Origin: Chloroflexota bacterium
GTDB taxonomy: Bacteria; Chloroflexota; Anaerolineae; UBA2200; JACIWT01
Length of the DNA: 64,000 bases
Direction: 5' to 3'
NCBI GenBank assembly: GCA_014360825.1
Contig: JACIWT010000012.1
Location: 72-64,071, forward strand
Notes under the pieces: generated by a model
Databases searched by the model: none
Told to the model about the DNA's origin: nothing
The model's input: the letters and a program-made list of their open reading frames with translations, nothing else
In this document: piece after piece, positions 59,618 through 64,000 of the stretch
How positions within the stretch are numbered: the first letter of the stretch is position 1
Layout of the letters: each line of letters begins with the position of its first letter
Program-made: the position numbers and the translations under genes

Positions 59618-60562
59618 ATGGGAGGAAATGTTGCGGTTGTTGCTATTGGTGGCAACTCGCTGATCAAAGACAAGGATCACCAGACCGTGCCTGACCAATA
59701 CGCCGCGGCTCACGAGACTTGTATCCATATCGCGGGCATGATCGAGCAGGGGTGGAACGTGGCTATCGGGCATGGCAATGGACCCCAGGTCGGCTTCATC
59801 CTGCGCCGCTCAGAATTAGCCCGGCACGAACTACACGAAGTGCCGTTAGACTTCTGTGGTGCCGACACCCAGGGGGCCATCGGCTACATGCTCCAGCAAA
59901 ACCTGTACAATGAGTTTCTCCGACGCGGTATGAAAAAGGAGGCCGCTACCGTTGTCACCCAGGTTCTGGTAGACAAACACGACCCGGCCTTTCAGAACCC
60001 CACCAAACCCATTGGCTCCTTCATGGATGAGAGCACGGCCAAAGAACGGGCTGAGAAAGAAGGGTGGAATGTGGTGGAGGATGCAGGGCGCGGCTGGCGA
60101 AGGGTCGTGCCCTCGCCTTTGCCGCGGCGGGTTATTGAGTTGGACGCCGTCCAGAACCTCATCAATGCCGGCTTTGTGGTCATTACCGTGGGAGGTGGGG
60201 GCATTCCGGTAATTGAGGATGAAAAAGGCAACCTGGTTGGCGTGGAGGCAGTCATTGACAAGGACTACGCTTCATCGCTCCTGGCACGCAGCATACACGC
60301 TGACCTCTTCCTGATCTCCACAGCGGTGGAGAAAGTGGCTTTGAATTATGGGAAGCCAAACCAGAAATGGATTGACCAAATGACTGTCGCGGAGGCCAAG
60401 AAATACATAGCCGAAGGTCACTTTGCCAAAGGTAGTATGCTACCGAAAATCGAGGCCATCATTTGGTTTCTGGAAGCCGGTGGGAAAAAAGCCATTATCA
60501 CCTCGCCAGAGAATATCGAACGTGCGCTGTTGGGGGAAACGGGCACACATATCATCCCATAG
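59618..60562 (+). CDS. arcC: Carbamate kinase
   Basis: VVAIGGNSL...GHGNGPQVG motifs. 314 aa. Confidence 0.85.
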   Translation: MGGNVAVVAIGGNSLIKDKDHQTVPDQYAAAHETCIHIAGMIEQGWNVAIGHGNGPQVGFILRRSELARHELHEVPLDFCGADTQGAIGYMLQQNLYNEFLRRGMKKEAATVVTQVLVDKHDPAFQNPTKPIGSFMDESTAKERAEKEGWNVVEDAGRGWRRVVPSPLPRRVIELDAVQNLINAGFVVITVGGGGIPVIEDEKGNLVGVEAVIDKDYASSLLARSIHADLFLISTAVEKVALNYGKPNQKWIDQMTVAEAKKYIAEGHFAKGSMLPKIEAIIWFLEAGGKKAIITSPENIERALLGETGTHIIP

Positions 60563-60613
60563 CACTGAGTGGATCGTCTCCGATGCACTTTCCGCGTGAA
60601 AAGGAGGGGCCTC

Positions 60614-61858
60614 GTGGACCACGTTCTCGGTTTGCGCTGCGTGATCTGCGGAGCAGAATATGGGGCAGACGAAGTTCGCTACGTCTGCCCCAAACATGGT
60701 GCTGAGGGCATCCTCGATGTTATTTATGACTATGACCTCATCCGCCAACGATTGAGCAGGGAGAAACTGGCTGCCAACCGCGATTATTCCATTTGGCGTT
60801 ATGCTGATTTGCTTCCCATTGCTGATCGGACCCTCGCCCCGCCTTTGCAAATCGGTTGGACGCCACTTTATCATACCAGGCGATTGGGTGTGCAACTGGG
60901 CCTGCCTCATCTGTACATCAAGGACGATGGCCGACAGGCCACTGCCTCGTTTAAAGACCGTGCCAGTGCTGTGGGCGTGATCAAAGCACACGAATTGGGC
61001 GCAGAGGTGATCACTGCCGCCTCGACAGGCAACGCGGCTTCTTCACTAGCGGGTGTAGCGGCCAGTGTCGGGCAGCGCACCATCATCTTCGTCCCCGAAA
61101 CTGCGCCACAGGCCAAGGTAGCACAACTCCTCATCTTCGGCGCGACAGTGATCATGGTACAGGGCAATTACGACCAAGCCTTCGATCTCTGTCTGGCTGC
61201 CACTGCTGAATACGGCTGGTACAGCCGAAACACGGCCTTTAACCCTTACCTCTCGGAAGGAAAGAAAACAGCGGCACTAGAGGTATGTGAGCAACTGGGA
61301 TGGGAAGCACCAGACAAGATTTTCGTCTCGGTCGGCGACGGATGCATCATCGGCGGGCTATGGAAAGGGCTGCGCGATCTGCTGGCCCTAGACTTCATTG
61401 ATAAAATACCCCAACTCATCGGCGTGCAAGCCGAAGGATCCGCAGTGCTATTCAAGGCTTGGCAGTCGGGCACGGAGGAGATCGAGCCCATCGTGCCCCA
61501 CACTTTGGCTGATAGCATCAGCGTGGGTATCCCTCGCGACCGCATCAAAGCCTTGCGCGCGGTACGCGAGTCTGGTGGGCGCTATGTGACTGTGAGCGAT
61601 GAGGAGATTCTGGATGCCATGCGCATCCTGGCGCGTGAGGCAGCAGTGTTTGCTGAGCCCGCCGGAGCAACAGGTTTTGCTGGTTTGCAGAAGATGCTGC
61701 GTGATGGTCAGGTTGACCCGGGGGACAAGATAGTAGTGATAGTCACAGGCAACGGGCTAAAGGATATTGCCAGCGCAATGAAAGCGGTGGGGGAACCATA
61801 CCGTATAGAACCCACAGCGGAGGCATTGCGGAAACTGGTCAGATCGCACCACCTGTGA
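60614..61858 (+). CDS. PLP-dependent fold-type-II enzyme, threonine-synthase-like, with N-terminal zinc ribbon
   Basis: SFKDRAS PLP-lysine motif and a Gly-rich loop. N-terminal CxxC...CxxH ribbon. GTG start with an AAGGAGGGG RBS. Confidence 0.65.
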   Translation: MDHVLGLRCVICGAEYGADEVRYVCPKHGAEGILDVIYDYDLIRQRLSREKLAANRDYSIWRYADLLPIADRTLAPPLQIGWTPLYHTRRLGVQLGLPHLYIKDDGRQATASFKDRASAVGVIKAHELGAEVITAASTGNAASSLAGVAASVGQRTIIFVPETAPQAKVAQLLIFGATVIMVQGNYDQAFDLCLAATAEYGWYSRNTAFNPYLSEGKKTAALEVCEQLGWEAPDKIFVSVGDGCIIGGLWKGLRDLLALDFIDKIPQLIGVQAEGSAVLFKAWQSGTEEIEPIVPHTLADSISVGIPRDRIKALRAVRESGGRYVTVSDEEILDAMRILAREAAVFAEPAGATGFAGLQKMLRDGQVDPGDKIVVIVTGNGLKDIASAMKAVGEPYRIEPTAEALRKLVRSHHL

Positions 61859-62292
61859 GTCTATATCGTCCGGTTTTTTGAACGGTTGAAAGCACGAAAA
61901 TCAACCTTAAAACTTTCGCGCCGTAGGTGTCCCCTCACGCAGGTCAGATTATTTGATGAACCACTGGCGGTAGAGATAAGACTATCGCAAACCCCTATGA
62001 GTTGTATCTGCTATCCCTGCACACCCACCACAATGTGAACCTTGCGCGAAATGACGGTTTCTGATAAAATGGTTTTAATAGAAATGATCATTGGGCGTTC
62101 AAACAATGACCTACAGTGAAGTAGGTCCATTCAAATCCTCGTAGTTCCCCAAAGCAACGCCCGCCCAAGGTCAGAGCCGTTACTGTTTCCCCGATTTCGG
62201 CTTAGACGCTTTCCGGGCCTCTCGTCTTTATAGGCCGGGAAGCACTACTTTACTGTCTGTACGTAAATGTCTCAAAACCAAGCAGGTTCACA

Positions 62293-63702
62293 GTGAGCTT
62301 CATTGCTCCCGCGCTGGAGGTTGCTATGAATATGCCGGATGCTGAACGAATCTGGCATGCTGCCCTGGGAGAACTCCAACTCCAATTAACTAAAGCAACT
62401 TTCGATACTTGGCTAAAGAACACATTCCTGTATTCTTATGAGGACGGAACTTTCATCATTGGCGTGCCCAACGCTTACGCCAAAGACTGGCTCACAAACC
62501 GGCTGCACACCACTATCAAACGCACCCTAACAGCCATAGTGGGTCATAGCGTTGAAATCAAGTTTACAGTGCAACCGCGACGAACTTCCTCCGGCCGCAA
62601 GAAGGCAAAAGGGACTTCATCCCCTTTGCTCGTCGAGAAAGAGACCGCGCGCAGCCGACCTAAGTCAACATCTGCACCAACTGCCCTGAAACCGGAGTAC
62701 ACGTTCGATTCATTCATTGTGGGTAGTTCGAACCGCTTAGCCCATGCGGCGGCGCTCGCCGTCGCCGAGAGACCCGCAGAGGCTTACAACCCACTTTTCA
62801 TTTATGGAGGAGTGGGGCTAGGGAAGACACACTTACTACATGCCATCGGTAATGCCGTCTTGGATCGGAATCTATCCCCGCTCTACGTTTCATCCGAGCG
62901 ATTCACCAACGACCTGATCAACGCTATCCGCACTCAAACCACGGAGGAATTCCGAGCCAAATACCGCAACGCTAGCCTTCTGCTCATTGATGATATCCAA
63001 TTCATCGCTGGAAAAGACGCTACCCAAGAGGAATTCTTCCATACTTTCAACTCGTTGCACGAGGCCAACCGCCAGATCGTCCTTTCCTCGGATCGCCCTC
63101 CCAAGGCTATTCCCACCTTGGAAGAGCGTTTACGCTCCCGCTTTGAATGGGGTCTTATCGCCGATATCCAGCCTCCGGATTTTGAGACCCGTGTTGCTAT
63201 CCTGCGCTCCAAGGCAGAGAAACACCTTGTGCCGGTTCCGGAGAGTGTCCTCGATTTGATTGCGCGCAAGATCCAGGGCAATATTCGTGAGATGGAAGGT
63301 GCGCTCAATCGCGTAGTGGCCTACGGGCAGATGACGAGTCGACCGTTGGACCTGCAGTTGGCGCAAGAGGTTTTGCAGGACCTGGTCTACCACACTGAAA
63401 ACGTCACCTTGTCCCAGATCGTGGATCTGGTTGCTGAGTATTATCACGTGGACACCGAAGAACTGAGGGGCCGTCGGCGCGACAAAGGGATTGTTCTCCC
63501 ACGCCAGGTGGCTATGTATCTGGCGAGAGAGATTGCCTCCGCGTCACTGCCACAGATCGGGGAAGAACTTGGGGGACGCGACCATACCACCGTGCTCTAC
63601 GGCTGTGAGAAGATCAGCGAGTTGGTAGAAACCGATGATCAAGTCCGTCGGGATATCCTAACCATTCGCGAGAGACTACACAACGGTCATCATAACCGAT
63701 AA
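62293..63702 (+). CDS. dnaA: Chromosomal replication initiator protein DnaA
   Basis: AAA+ region (NPLFIYGGVGLGKTHLLHAIG) and C-terminal DnaA-box-binding HTH (KIVLPRQVAMYLAREI...DHTTVLY). Alternative start MNMPDAERIW at 62326. Confidence 0.95.
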   Translation: MSFIAPALEVAMNMPDAERIWHAALGELQLQLTKATFDTWLKNTFLYSYEDGTFIIGVPNAYAKDWLTNRLHTTIKRTLTAIVGHSVEIKFTVQPRRTSSGRKKAKGTSSPLLVEKETARSRPKSTSAPTALKPEYTFDSFIVGSSNRLAHAAALAVAERPAEAYNPLFIYGGVGLGKTHLLHAIGNAVLDRNLSPLYVSSERFTNDLINAIRTQTTEEFRAKYRNASLLLIDDIQFIAGKDATQEEFFHTFNSLHEANRQIVLSSDRPPKAIPTLEERLRSRFEWGLIADIQPPDFETRVAILRSKAEKHLVPVPESVLDLIARKIQGNIREMEGALNRVVAYGQMTSRPLDLQLAQEVLQDLVYHTENVTLSQIVDLVAEYYHVDTEELRGRRRDKGIVLPRQVAMYLAREIASASLPQIGEELGGRDHTTVLYGCEKISELVETDDQVRRDILTIRERLHNGHHNR

Positions 63703-63744
63703 AGTGTGTGGAAATGCCCGGGGCCACAGTTGCTCGATTATTTC

Positions 63745-63794
63745 TGTGGATAACTCGTTTAAAACTGTGGATTTCTCTGGATTTTTGTGGACAA
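63745..63794 (+). promoter_or_regulatory. oriC DnaA-box cluster downstream of dnaA
   Basis: Perfect TGTGGATAA (complement of TTATCCACA) at 63745-63753. Near-matches TGTGGATTT at 63766-63774 and TGTGGACAA at 63786-63794. An AT-rich stretch follows around 63860-63895. Confidence 0.6.
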
Positions 63795-64000
63795 CTTTCC
63801 CTTTTGCTAGTGCCTTATTCCTCCCTTGTGTAGACCTCTAATACAACCTATATGGTCATCCATGTAGAAAAATCAATATCTGGTAGAAATCTCCCTTGAT
63901 CAGTTACTAGCCCCTTTTCCACGCTCCACCGGATAACTCTTTCACCCCACCTACCAAGTTTTGTATATGTTTATACCAGCAACCCAACTGGTCGTGCGTG

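Noticed and set aside
59992-60991. Minus-strand ORFs inside the carbamate kinase and PLP-enzyme genes
   Set aside because: Antisense to genes with strong catalytic motifs.

Overview
High-GC bacterial chromosomal segment ending at dnaA/oriC. Gene order (recA-recX-rny-spoVS, holB-yaaT) and the many GT-C membrane glycosyltransferases suggest Chloroflexota, but that is a low-confidence inference. Mostly core genome: rpmG-tuf with tRNA-Trp and a Thr-Tyr-Thr tRNA cluster, hbd, holA, xseAB, PNP, xerD, recA, recX, RNase Y, spoVS, a PHP phosphoesterase, yaaT/ricT, holB, a 2-hydroxyacid dehydrogenase, a cinA C-domain, infC-rpmI-rplT and dnaA. Three regions stand out. (1) At 4.6-6.7 kb, an operon with a truncated FtsK/SpoIIIE-like ATPase and three small overlapping ORFs sits behind a perfect TTGACA-17-TATAAT promoter carrying two GAACN4GTTC LexA (Cheo) boxes. 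This looks like an unusual SOS-controlled module. (2) At 22.5-36.6 kb, a ~14 kb rhs/YD-repeat polymorphic-toxin island: one full 1.9k-aa Rhs protein with a C-terminal toxin and a membrane immunity gene, then at least four orphan C-terminal cassettes, three paralogous secreted immunity-like proteins, recombination junctions at two recurrent codon positions, and a 20-bp perfect palindrome that puts a stop codon into one cassette. (3) At 40-55.5 kb, an envelope glycosylation cluster with four large GT-C-type membrane proteins that share a C-terminal domain, two GT4 enzymes and a polyprenyl-phosphate sugar transferase. It is followed at 55.6-61.9 kb by a carbamoyl-phosphate/ATP-yielding catabolic cluster: two OTC/YgeW-like carbamoyltransferases, a carbamate kinase, an M20 peptidase, a PLP enzyme and a flavin reductase. 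No CRISPR array, rRNA or obvious transposase was seen.
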